A stretch of DNA of 64,000 bases, from the NCBI GenBank assembly GCA_951406725.2, contig OX597843.1:4650001-4714000 (forward strand). The letters are read 5' to 3'. The notes beneath the pieces were generated by a model that saw nothing but the letters and a program-made list of their open reading frames with translations, searched no databases and was not told where the DNA came from. Below, piece after piece: positions 14,812 to 28,074 of this stretch. Both the position numbers and the translations under genes were made by a program. The DNA is from Octopus vulgaris (Eukaryota). Position 1 is the first letter of the stretch; each line of letters starts with the position of its first letter.

Positions 14812-15542
14812 AAGGACACATTAGATAATGTAGTCCTAGATACACTATGCCTGAACAAAAGACAGGATGGTCACAGCTGGAACATCTTTGATCATAAGTC
14901 TGCCGGTTCAGGACTGACCTGGGGCTAAACAACAAGGAAGGACACATTAGATAATGTAGTCCTAGATACACTATATCTGAACAAAAGACAGGATGATCAC
15001 AGCTGGAACATCTTTGATCATAGGCCTGCTGGATCAGGACTGACCTGGGGCTAAACAACAAGGAAGGACACATTAGATAATGTAGTCCTAGATACACTAT
15101 GCCCAAATCAAAAACAGGATGGCCACAGCTGGAATGTCTTTAATCATAGGTCTACTGGATCAGGACTGACCTGGGGCTAAACAACAACAGAAGGACACAT
15201 TAGATAATGTAGTCCTAGATACACTATGCCCGAATAAAAGACAGGATGGTCACAGCTGGGACATCTTTGATCATAGGTCTGTTGGATCAGAACCGACCTG
15301 GGGCTAAACAACAAGGAAGGACACATTAGATAATGTAGTCCTAGATACACTATGCCTGAATAAAAGACAGGATGGTCACAGCTGGAATGTCTTTCATCAT
15401 ACATCTGACTGGATCAGGACTGACCTGGGGCTAAACAACAAGGAAGGACACATTAGATAATGTAGTCCTAGATACACTATATCTGAACAAAAGACAGGAT
15501 GGTCACAGCTGGAACACCTTTGATCATAGGACAGACCTGGAG
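14812..15542. repeat. Satellite of about 125 bp x6
   Basis: Unit ggacacattagataatgtagtcctagatacactatg..caggactgacctggggctaaacaacaa. Confidence 0.9.
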
Positions 15543-15659
15543 GTAATATACACTCCTCTCTCGACTTTTCTAAGAGACGTATTTACAAAACAGCTGAGGT
15601 TTTCTCACCAACACATCTTTTGTGGGAAAGAGAGAGAGAGAGAGTGAGTAAGTGAAAGA

Positions 15660-15696
<37 letters not shown>

Positions 15697-16166
15697 TCTT
15701 TTCCTCACCACACCTTGCAGAGTAATCCTGTTTTTCTGAATTCTTACAAATGACTTAATAGGAAGTACTTTAAGTATAATCCTGTGGTGGGTGGGAAAGA
15801 GAGGGTCTGCGCTGTGTACGAATATAGTAACATGTTTACATCTATGTATATATATATATATATATATGAATACATATATATATATATAAATACACAGACA
15901 CATACATACATATATATACATATACACATATACATATACACACACACATATATCCCTCTCTCTCTCTTTCGGAGAGGCACAAGCACCTACACGCACATAT
16001 ACACACACGGCAGTAACTTCCGCCTGCCGAATTCAATCACAAAGCTTCGGTCGGCTCGGGGCTATAGCGGAAGACACCTACCCAAAGTGCCACGCAGTGG
16101 GACTGAACCTGAAACCATATATATAAATACACATATATATACATATATATAAATACGCATATAACT

Positions 16167-16247
<81 letters not shown>

Positions 16248-16544
16248 CACATATATATATATATACATATAAATACACACACACACACACACACACGAGT
16301 TGAGTAAAAAATTTAGATTCAGATGAACATGGTACTTAAGTTGAGGCACCAAAATTTAATACGGTATTATCCATACAATTTCAAAATAAGGTGATTAAAA
16401 TCAAAAAAAGCAACAAAGATCTGGATATCCCTGTTGTTTATTTTGATATATATAGATAGATATATATATATACACATGAACATATATGCATATATATATA
16501 TATAGATATATATACACATATATATATATACATACATATATATA

Positions 16545-17960
16545 TTGGGTTGGTAATTAAGTTCCAGCCGTTTTTTTAAATTTTGGAATTTATTGCGTTT
16601 TTAAATTTTGGAATCTATTTTTTTCGAGAATTCTATTTTTGAATCATTTTGGAATCTATTTTGTTTTTTGTTTTTTTTTTTAGTTAATTTTAGTTAATTT
16701 TTTGTTTATTTTCAGATCATTAAAATGGAATGTCAAGTTAAGAAAAACGAGCATTTTCGACACCTCCTTCTTTTTGCTTTTAATCAAGGTTCTACGGCCG
16801 CAAAAGCTGCTCGCGACATTTGTACAGTGTATGGAGAGGGTGCCATAGCTGAAAAAAGCGCTCGTGATTGGTATGCCAAGTTCAAAAATGGAAATTTTGA
16901 CCTCAAAGACGCACCTTGTTCTAGCTGTCCAGTTGAGTTTGATGAAGAGCGATTAAACCAACTTTTGCACGAAAATTATTGTCAAACGACAAGGGAACTG
17001 GCAGAGAAAATGGAATGCTCCCAAACTGCTATAGAGAAAATTCTTCACTCGATGGGAAAAGTTCAGAAGTAAGGAGCATGGGTTCCGCATGCTACCCTTT
17101 CCTTACCATATTTCTGCTGAGATGCTCTCTGTTTCTTTCAATTATTTTAAATATAACAAAGAATTTAGTAAAATAACTTAGTTATCATTAAGCTAGTGTT
17201 AGGAACATAAATTGTGACTAAGGTTTGGTGGAAGATTTTCATTCAAAACTTATGAAAACAAGACATTTGTACTACAGAGCCAGAGGTGGTTTCAACCAGG
17301 TTGGTATCAAAAGGGTTAAGAATTGTTTCTCTATTATATATCTTAACCCTTTCATTACCATATTTCTGTTGAGATGCTCTGTGTTTCTTTCAATTTCTTT
17401 AAATATAACAAAGAATTTAGTAAAATAACTTAGTTATCATTCAGCTAGTGTTAGGAATATAAATTGCAACTAATGTTTGGTGGTATATTTTGATGCAAAA
17501 CTTATGAAAACAAGACATTTGTACTACAGAGCCAGAGCCGGTTTTGGCCGGGTTAGTAACGAAAGGGTCAAGTGACAACAGCAAAAATCAATGAGCCACA
17601 ATCTCTGCTGGTTTGCTTGCTCATCACCGCTCAACTCATGGACACAAGCAACAATTTCTTTACCGAAATGTTACTGGCAATGAAAAATGATGCCTGTACG
17701 TCAATATGAACCAGCGTAAGGAATGGCTTAGCCCTGGTAAACAAGAGACACTGCGATTGAAACAAGATCTTCATCAATGTAAAACGATGTTGAGCATATG
17801 GTGGGACTGGGAAGGGATTATCCATTATGAATTGCTTGAACAGAACTAAACGGTCAACGTGGAAATCTATGTTGAATAGATGGATCGACTCAACACGGCT
17901 ATTCAAGAGAAAAGACCTAATCGTCAGCATGGAGTTCTTCTGCTGCACGACAACGCCCAC
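16545..17960 (+). mobile_element. mariner transposon remnant (pseudogenised transposase) interrupted by a TTAA MITE dimer
   Basis: TIR-like start TATTGGGTTGG and HTH ORF 16725-17072, then *GAWVPHA. After the insertion: NVTGNEK, MLSIWWDWEGIIHYELL, GVLLLHDNAHP, with several stops. Truncated by a SINE head at about 17960. Confidence 0.9.
17094..17568. mobile_element. Dimeric TTAA-flanked (piggyBac-like) MITE
   Basis: Two units of about 220 bp bounded by CCCTTT...AAAGGG and joined by TTAA-gaattgtttctctattatatatc-TTAA. Confidence 0.75.
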
Positions 17961-18193
17961 CCTCTTTCAGTTTCTGTCTACCAAATCCACTCACAAGGCT
18001 TTGATTGGCCCGAGGCTATAGCAGAAGACACTTGCCCAAGGTGCCACGCAGTGGGACTGAACCCCGAAACATGTGGTTGGTAAGCAAGCTACTTACCATA
18101 CAGCCACCCCCTGCTCCTATATGGAATATAAAGAAAGCCAGGTGGTATGAAACCGAGATATTTATTTCACCAGTTGATATTTGTTTTTGTTTG

Positions 18194-18775
18194 TTCCTTC
18201 TCGAGCCACGCCTGGCTCATTAGGGCCGGTTTCCCGGTTTCCTTGGCGTATAGGTTCCCCACCTGGACGGGACGCCAGTTCTTCGCAGGTGAGCTGCAAG
18301 ATGCAGGAGGAAAGAGTGAGAGAAAGTTGAGGTGAAAGGGTCAGCAGAAGTTCGCCATTACCTTCTGCCGCGTGGAGTCGCGTGGAGCTTAGGTGTTTTC
18401 GCTCATAAACATACACATCGCCCGGTCTGAGATTCGAACCCGCGATCTCTCGATCGCGAGTCCGCTGCTCTAACCACAATGTTCCTTCTCGAGCCATGCC
18501 TGGCTCATAAGGGCCGGTTTCCTGGTTTCCTTGGCGTATAGGTTCCCCACCTGGACGGGACGCCAGTCCATCTCAGGTGAGCTGCAAGATGCAGGAGGAA
18601 AGAGTGAGAGAAAGTTGTGGCAAAAGAGTCAGCAGAAGTTTTGCCATTACCTTCTGCCAGAGCCGCGCGTGGAGCTTAGGTGTTTTCACTCATAAATACA
18701 CACATCGCCGGTCTGAGATTCGAACCCGCGATCCCGAGTCCGCTGCTCTAATCACTAGGCCATGTGCCTCCACTA
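18194..18775 (-). mobile_element. Third tRNA-derived SINE family, tandem dimer; relatives at 33152-33390 (+) and 58790-59059 (-)
   Basis: Minus-strand head gtggaggcacatggcctagtgattagagcagcggactc..gcgggttcgaatctcagacc (A/B boxes). Unit of about 285 bp duplicated. Confidence 0.75.
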
Positions 18776-19093
18776 CCAGTTGATATTGATAGGATGACAA
18801 TCCTTTTGCAGCCAACGTCACCGAAGAATAATTTATTTTAATGTATAATAGATAATTTAAGATGAATATTTTATAAGAAAATTGATGTAACCATGACATC
18901 TTGTTGATCTGAAGATCTAGCCTTCTATATCTGCATTGGTTCGTGAAATGTTCAATAACAATCTATAGCATCTTTGTGTAGACATGTACAGTAACATATC
19001 ATACACTAAAATAAATTGATTTCACAGGATGTTGACTGCGAAATGACTGGTGAAATAAATATATTTATCTCATACCTCCTGATTGTCTTTATG

Positions 19094-19134
<41 letters not shown>

Positions 19135-19609
19135 TGTAGAAGTGGGGGTGTGGTAAGTAGCTTGCTTACGAACCACATGGTTCCGGGTTCAGTCCCACTG
19201 TGTGGCACCTTGGGCAAGTGTCTTCTACTATAGCCTCGGGCCGACCAAAGCCTTGTAAGTGGATTTGGCAGACGGAAACTGAAAGAAGCCTGTCGTATGT
19301 ATCTATATATATATATATATGTATGTGTATGTATATTTTTGTGTGTCTGTGTTTGCCCCCCCCCCCCCCAAACATCGCTTGACAACCGATGCTGGTGTGT
19401 TTACATCCCCGTAACTTAGCGGTTCGGCAAAAGAGACCGATAGAATAAGTACTAGGCTCACAAAGAATAAGTCCTGGGGTCGATTTGCTCGACTATAATG
19501 GCGGTGCTCCAGCATGGCCACAGTCAAATGACTGAATCAAGTAAAAGAATATACATGCACACAAATTTGTGCCAATATATACATATACACACACACACAC
19601 ACATATATA

Positions 19610-19677
<68 letters not shown>

Positions 19678-20330
19678 GACAAATATATATGCACACATGT
19701 ATACACACAAATACATACATACATACATACACATATACACACAAGTATGTGTGTGTGTGTTGATGCAAACAGGAAAAATAGATCTGAAAATGAGTCTATG
19801 TATGTTTTATTAATATTTAGCAGAAGTAAAAGAGTGACTCAAAGTCAACATACAAGACTCTCAGACCTTGAGTCACTCAGTGACTTCTGCTAAATATTAA
19901 TTATATATATATATCTCTTTTACTCTTTTCTCTCTTTTACTTGTGTCAGTTATTTGACTGCGGCCATGCTGGAGCACCACCTTTAGTCGAGCAAATCGAC
20001 CCCGGGACTTATTCTTTTGTAAGCCCAGTACTTATTCTATCGGTCTCTTTTGCCGAACCGCTAAGTGACGGGGACGTAAACACACCAGCATCGGTTGTCA
20101 AGCAATGCTAGGGAGACAAACACAGTCACACAAACACACACACATATGTATATATATATATACGACAGGCTTCTTTCAGTTTCCGTCTACCAAATCCACT
20201 CACAAGGCATTGGTCAGCCCGAGGCTATAGTAGAAGATACTTGCCCAAGGTGCCACACAGTGGGATTGAACCCGGAACCATGTGGTTGGTAAACAAGCTA
20301 CTTACCACACAGCCACTCCTGTGCCTATAT

Positions 20331-20363
<33 letters not shown>

Positions 20364-20524
20364 CGACAGGCTTCTTTCAGTTTCCGTCTACCAAATCCAC
20401 TCACAATGCATGGGTCGGCCCGGGGCTATAGTAGAAGACACTTGCCCAAGGTGCCACACAGTGGGACTGAACACGGAACCATGTGGTTGGTAAACAAGCT
20501 AAATATCACACAGCCACTCCTGTG

Positions 20525-20567
<43 letters not shown>

Positions 20568-21475
20568 GTCATTATCCTTCTTGTGTCTCCTTTGAATCTA
20601 AACCAGTTCTGGGTTTTCTATGTGTCATAGCAAGTTCTCTTTCGTTGGCTGTTGTTAGTCACTTAAGCCCACAACAGCCATTGTTTGCTGTGTGACGTCC
20701 TTGTTCCTGAATAGTTACAGCTGAATGGCTCTTCCTCTCACCATCTGCTCTACAAACAACATCAAGGAAATGGCCAACGGATCCAGTTAAAAGTGATCTC
20801 AGGATATCAAGCGTCACACATGAGATGACAAACAAACGCAACAAAAGGGGAAGACGCTGCGTTGGAAAGGTTCCTTCCGATCCATGCAAGCAGAGAAAAG
20901 CAGATGTAAAAATTATGGTGATTATGATAGGTATGGCTTTGTGGTACAAAGTCTGCTTCCCAACCACATGGTTCCAAGTTCAGTCCCACTGCGTGGCACC
21001 TTGGCCAAGTGTCTTCTATTATAGCCTTGAGCCGACCAAGATTTTGTGAGTAGATTCGATAGATAAAGACTGAAAGAAGCCTGTTGTATGTATGCATGTG
21101 TGCCTATCTGTCTGTTTGTTTCCCACCACCACTTGACAACTGGTATTGGTTTGTTTACATTCCTGTAACTTAATATATATATAACACACCACCCTCAGCG
21201 CACCGCCCACACACCCATCCACACATCTTTACACCCTACACATACATACACATATCACATCGCAACGCACCACCCACACACCCATCCCCACACCCACACA
21301 TACATACACACACACGTCCAGACCACCAGCCCTCTTTCACACGCACATACATACTCTCTTATACAGACACGCACCTTTGTGTTGGGGGCACCTCCGTTTT
21401 GGAAGTCACTTGACCCTGTTATCTCCCCTACTGTCCCTCTAGCGTCTGACCACTGTCCAAATTCAGGACGCCATG

Positions 21476-21655
21476 ATAGATCGTTAGCTCCTACACGCAT
21501 TTTTTTCTCTCCGTGTTTCTTTTCTGTGTATCTTTCTGTCGAAGAGCGTAGGCTTAAAACGTAAAAGACTTGTTCTATTTCTATTCCTGAGCGCCATACT
21601 AATACATTTGTTTGTTTGTACTCCACCTTTTGTTTATTTTCTTAAACCTTCCTAT
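21476..21655 (+). mobile_element. Short dispersed repeat with minimal hammerhead-like fold; second copy at 39869-40050
   Basis: Both copies share gatcgttagc..tacac.cattttttt..ctttctgt(c/a)gaagagc(g/a)taggct(c/t)(g/a)aaac(g/a)taaaag..ctattcctgagcg. Confidence 0.55.
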
Positions 21656-22859
21656 TATATACGCAGGAGTGGCTGTGTGGGAAATAGCTTGCTAACCAAC
21701 CACATGGTTCCGGGTTCAGTCCCACTGCGTGGCATCTTGGGCAAGTGTCTTCTGCTATAGCCCCGGGCCGACCAATGCCTTGTGAGTGGATTTGGTAGAC
21801 GGAAACTGAAAGAAGCCTGTCGTATATATGTATATATATATATATGTGTGTGTGTTTGTCCCCCTAACATTGCTTGACAACCGATGCTGGTGTGTTTACG
21901 TCCCCATCACTTAGCGGTTCAACCAAAGAGACCAATACAATAAGTACTGGGCTTACAAACTATAAGTCCAGGGGTCGATTTGCTCGACTAAAGGCAGTGC
22001 TCCAGCATGGCCGCAGTCAAATGACTGAAACATGTAAAAGAGTAAAGAGCATATATATATATATATATATTAACAGATATAGATATAAAAATATACAGAT
22101 ATACATAGATAGATATTATCGTAGCACTCTGTTGGTTAAGACAACAAGGATTTCATTTGATCTGATCAACAGAACAGCCTGCTCGTGAAACTAATGTGCA
22201 GACACAGGTACCCTTAACGTAGTTCTCGGGGAAGATTCAGCGTGGCACAGTGCTAGTATATATATATATATAAAGTTAATCCAAACAAGAAAGCACAAAA
22301 AAAAAACACAACAACACGAGGTCGTGGAACAAATATAGTATTATTGGACGCTGAGGAAAGAAGGAGGGTTTAATGTTTCGAGCGGAGCTCTTCGTCGGAA
22401 ACATAGGAGAAGGAAAGATCCAGAGAAGGGAAGACAGAGGGAAAAAAATCCCCAACAGTACACACGAGGTCACATTTTGAAAGGATTAGGATTATATATA
22501 TATATATAAATATATATACTAACTATACACTATATTATACTATATTATATACATACACACACATGTTTGTATATGTGTGTGTGTGTGTATGTATATAATA
22601 TATATATATATATACACATGTTAGTGTATATATATATGTATATATATATCGAGCGGAGCTCTTCGTCGGAAACATAGGAGAAGGAAAGATCCAGAGAAGG
22701 GAAGACGAGGAAAAAAAATCGCCATATATATATACATATATATATATAGACTCACACACACAGCTTTATGTATGATATAAACATCTAATCACTTATACAT
22801 AGACTATGTATATTTATGTATAATCTACCTTTTCCATCTCCCCCTTTCTCTGTATGTAT

Positions 22860-22899
<40 letters not shown>

Positions 22900-23014
22900 G
22901 TATATGTATGTATGTATGTATGTATATATGTACGAATGGATGTAATGAAATGATGAGATTAACAGTAGTCAGCGGCAATTTTCTTTTTCATCAAATCCAA
23001 CCCGGCTTCTTCTT

Positions 23015-23322
23015 ACTGGTGGTGTCGATGGTGGTGGTGGTGGTGTTAGTGGTGGTGGTGGTGGTGGTAGTGGTGGTGGTAATGGTGGTGGTGGTAGTGG
23101 TGGTGGTGGTGGTGGTAGTGATGGTGGTGGTGGTGGTGGTGGTGGTGGTGGTGGTGGTGGTGGTGGTGGTAGTGGTGGTGGTTGTGGTGGTGGTAGTGGT
23201 GGTGGTGGTGGTGGTAGTGGTGGTGGTGGTATTGGTGGTGGTGGTAGTGGTGGTGGTGGTATTGGTGGTGGTGGTAGTGGTGGTAGTGGTGGTGGTACTG
23301 ATGATGGTGGCGAGGGTGGTGT
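23015..23322. repeat. (GGT)n trinucleotide microsatellite
   Basis: Directly visible. It produces the spurious poly-Val and poly-His ORFs. Confidence 0.95.
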
Positions 23323-24320
23323 AATAGAGCCTGACTTGTCGGAGGCGGTGGCGGTAGCGGTGGTGGTGGTAGTGTGGTATGTAAGTCAGTGGGGTGACTT
23401 GTTATATGGGGTACATAGAGGGCTGGCGGGGGGCGGGGGAGCGGAGTGGCGGGTCGTGGCGGAGGCGAGGTTCGGTTAGATGCTGTGGAAAGGTGTAGGT
23501 GGAGGAGCGGTGGTTGGAGGAAAGGGTTGTCTACTTCGTGGCACAGATTCATTGCTGTGTCTACACCCACCCCACATCAAAGAGAGAAAGTCTTATGTAT
23601 ATATGTGTATATATATATATATATACTTACATCTCTTTTACATGCTCATACACACGCGCATGCACACCGCTACCACCACCACATGTATGCACACCTCATT
23701 ACACACACTCCCACACAACACTACACCACTACTATACACACACACACACACACCAGCCACTATACATATATACACATATACATATGTACACACACATATA
23801 CATGCACACATACATGTATACCCACGTATACATACACATGCATAACCATATGTATATATAAACACACACACATATATATATATATACATACATACTTACA
23901 TAACACCACACAGAGACATGTATATATATATATATATATACCTGTATCTACATATGTGTGTGTGTGCATATATGTATATATATATATCTGTGTGTATGTA
24001 TATATATGTGAGCGTGTGTGTGTGTGTATATATATCTATATATATATATATGTGTGTGTGTGTGCATATATGTATATATATATCTGTGTGTATGTGTGTG
24101 TATATATATCTATATATATATATATATATGTGTGTGTATATCTCACTACAAACATACTACCACCATATCATACATATATACCGTAACTCGCACACAGTAC
24201 CACCACCACCCTACTAGCACCCATACAACGCTAAACCAGTTTAACCTCAAAATTCTATGAGTATCTATTGGAAAAAGGCCAACAAGAACAACAACGACAA
24301 GCAAAGGAATATAGTAAACG

Positions 24321-24371
<51 letters not shown>

Positions 24372-24637
24372 CAATGTGTGTGTGTGTATGTGTGTGTGGG
24401 ACACACAGACAGACGGAGCAATAAATAAATTATTTACAAAGATTATACTTTCCTCTTTTTCCCCTTCTTTATTCAATATAAAATGAATATATATATATGT
24501 ATATATATATATTTACAAGTCTTCATGGATGTAAACGTGTGTAGCTACATCCACACAGAGACAGACAGACAGACAGATTAACATATAGATACAGATAGGT
24601 AGATGGATATCCAGAAATATGTACAAAGTTTATGTAA

Positions 24638-24679
<42 letters not shown>

Positions 24680-25119
24680 CATAGATACATGTATATGTAT
24701 GCATAAGTGTGTGTGAATAATATATATGTACATACATACATACATACATGTGTACATACATACATATATATGTACATATATACATACACATACACACACA
24801 TATATACACACAAACATATATACACATATATACACACACACATATATACACATATATACACACACACATATATACACATATATACACACACACACATATA
24901 TACACATATATACACACACATATATACACATATATATACACACACATATATACACATATATATACACACACATATATACACACATACATATATATACACA
25001 CAAACATATATACACATATATATACACACACACATATATACACACATATATGTAAACACATACATATACACACATACATATACACACATATATAAACACA
25101 CATACATATACACACATAC

Positions 25120-25152
<33 letters not shown>

Positions 25153-26027
25153 CACACACACACATACATACATATATATATATATATGTATGTATGTATA
25201 CGTGCAGGCATGGATGTGTGGTAGGAAGCTTGCTTCCCAACTACATGGTTCCGGGTTCAGTCCCACTGCATGGCACCTTGGGCGCAAGTGTCTTCTACTA
25301 TAGCCTCAAAGCCTTGCGAGTGGACTTGGTAGATGGAAACTAAGAGAAGCCTATCATACATAACACCTAAATACATACACATATTTGTAAATAGTAAAGG
25401 ATCACTCCAAACGTTTACTGGTTTGCTCTCACAATGCTAGGCAACAGCATAATAATCATTATTATTAGTATTGTCATTAATATATATATATATTACGGAG
25501 ATGTACTTGCATAGCAAGTGACCTGACCTGAGATCATGAGCTGGAATGAAAACAATTGCAGTGTGGAAGGTGTTTACAAGATGCAGCATGGAATTTTGTC
25601 AGCGACGAAAATATTTTGACAAATTAAATTCAAATGTTGAAGTGAATCTAACAGTTTTTGTGCGTTTCTTAAATGGCTTATAAACACCTTCCACGCTGCA
25701 ATTGTTGTGTGTGTGTGTGTGTGTGTGTTTGTGTGTATTTATATATTTGTGAGTTTGTGTCTGTTTGTATTCACCCACCCACCCACCATAGTTTCACAAT
25801 CCATGTTGGCATGTTTACATCCTTGTAACTTAGCAGTTTGGCCAAAGTGACTGATAGAATAAGTACTAGGATTACAAAGAATAAATCCGGGATCAACTTC
25901 TTCAGCAAAAACCCCTTAAGGTGGTGTTCCAGCATGGCCACAGTCAAATGACTGAAACAAATAAAAGAATATGTATGTGTATGTACATATATACACACAT
26001 TCATAGGCACAAACACACAAACATACA

Positions 26028-26080
<53 letters not shown>

Positions 26081-26083
<3 letters not shown>

Positions 26084-26850
26084 CGCAGGAGTGGCTGTGT
26101 GGTAAGTAGCTTGCTAACCAACCACATGGTTCCGGGTTCAGTCCCACTGCGTGGCATCTTGGGCTATATTCTTTGTAGGCCCAGTACTTATTCTATCGGT
26201 CTCTTTTGCCGAACCGCTAAGTGACGGGGACGTAAACACACCAGCATCGATTGTCAAGCAATGCTGGGCGGGACAAACACAGACACACACAGGCATACAT
26301 ATATACGACAGGCTTCTTTCAGTTTCCGTCTACCAAATCCACTCACAAGGCATTGGTCGGCCCGGGGCTATAGTAGAAGACACTTGCCCAAGGTGCCACG
26401 CAGTGGGACTGAACCCGGAACCATGTGGTTGGTAAGCAAGCTACTTACCACACAGCCACTCCTGCGCCTATATATACATATATATATATATATATATACA
26501 GATATACGACAGGCTTCTTTCAGTTTCCGTCTACCAAATCCACTCACAAGGCTTTGGTTGACCCGGGGCTATAGCAGAAGACACTCACCCAAGATGCCAT
26601 GCAGTGGGACTGAACCCGGAACTATGTGGTTGGTTAGCAAGCTACTTACCACACAGCCACTCCTATACCTAATACATATATATATGACAGGCTTCTTTCA
26701 GTTTCCATCTACCAAATCCACTCACAAGGCATTGGTCGGCCCGGGGCTATAGCAGAAGACACTTGCCCAAGATGCCACGCAGTGGGACTGAACCCAGAAC
26801 CATGTGGTTGGTTAGCAAGCTACTTACCACACAGCCACTCCTGTGCCTAC
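26081..26850 (-). mobile_element. SINE cluster: + head fragment fused to a - copy with tandemly repeated heads
   Basis: + head at 26081-26163, then a minus-strand body with three head segments of about 190 bp. Confidence 0.8.
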
Positions 26851-27469
26851 ACTTTCAGTTGCATTGTTGCCTTTACTGAAAGCAAAATATGCTCCTTTGT
26901 CACTTCGAAAAAACAACTATTAAAATCAAACTAATCTTCGAAACTTGCACTAAGATTAAGGCCAAGGTAAAATTACTACCTGCTTTTATAGCAAGTTGAT
27001 GCAGGTGGTTTACCCTCTCGCCCTCTGACAAAACAAAAAACGCATTATTTATGTTGAGATTTAAATTAGATTTAATATATAATCTATCTTCCGTATCAAT
27101 TACTTCTACAAATAATATATGGTGTGTGTTTGCCTTTATATCTGCGTTTATCCCACCAGCACTGCTTGACAACTAGTGTTGGTGTGTTCTTCGCACCCTC
27201 TTGCTAAGTAGTCCAACAAAGGAGACTGATAGAATACCTAGGAAACCAAGGTACCCGCGTAGGAGTACATTGAACTCCTGACTACGTTAACCAGCTCAAC
27301 ATAAATCTGATTAGAAGCCTGACTGACTTTAAATGTCATAACCCGGTGCCATATTTAATCTGCTAATATGGGTATATTATTATTAGTAGTAGTAGTAGTA
27401 TATAAACACAATTAATGTTGTATTGTTAAATATACATAAAAGAAATTGTTGTTATCGTTATTGTACAAA

Positions 27470-28070
27470 GGCCGCGAGCTGGCAGAAACGTTAACACGCT
27501 GGGCGAAATGCTTAGCAGTATTTCATCTGCTGTTATGTTCTGAGTTCACATTCCGCCAAGGTCAACTTTGCCTTTCATCCTTTCCAGGTCGATAAATTAA
27601 GTACCAGTTATGCACTGGGGTTGATATAATCGACTTAATCCGTTTGTCTGTCCTTGTTTGTCCCTTCTGTGTTTAGCCCCTTGTGGGTAGTAAAGAAATA
27701 GGTATTTCATCTGCCGCTGAGTTCTGAGTTCAAATTCCGGCGAGGTCGACTTTGTCTTTCATCCTTTTGGGGTCAATAGATTAAGTATCAGTTACGTACT
27801 GGGGTCGATCGAACCCTAAACCTACCCCTCCCCAAAAATTTTGGGCCTTGTGCCTAGAGTAGTAAAAGAACCATTAGCATGCCAGGTGAAATACTTCATG
27901 GAATTTCATCTGCCGTTACGTTCAGAGTTCACATTCCGCCAAGGTCCACTTTGCCTTTCATCCTTTCGGGGTCGATAAATTAAGTAAGTACCAGTTACGT
28001 ACTGATGTCGATGTAATCAACTATCTCCTTTCTGACAAATTCCAGGCTTCGTGCCTTTCACCGAAAGGAC
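27470..28070 (+). mobile_element. Second SINE family, three tandem partial units
   Basis: gagctggcagaaacgttaac..gttctgagttca.attcc..ggtc.actttgcctttcatcctttcggggtcgataaattaagtaccag repeated 3 times. Confidence 0.75.
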
Positions 28071-28074
28071 TATA

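Noticed and set aside
14812-15542. CRISPR-like appearance of the regular repeats (also 10642-11280, 38185-38580, 53570-55465)
   Set aside because: Units are similar along their length or separated by microsatellite, with no unique spacers and no cas genes, in a eukaryotic context.
26261-26752. Recurrent peptides such as RQASFSFRLPNPLTR..MWLVSKLLTTQP
   Set aside because: Chance frames in the antisense strand of the dominant SINE. The recurrence reflects copy number, not a gene family.
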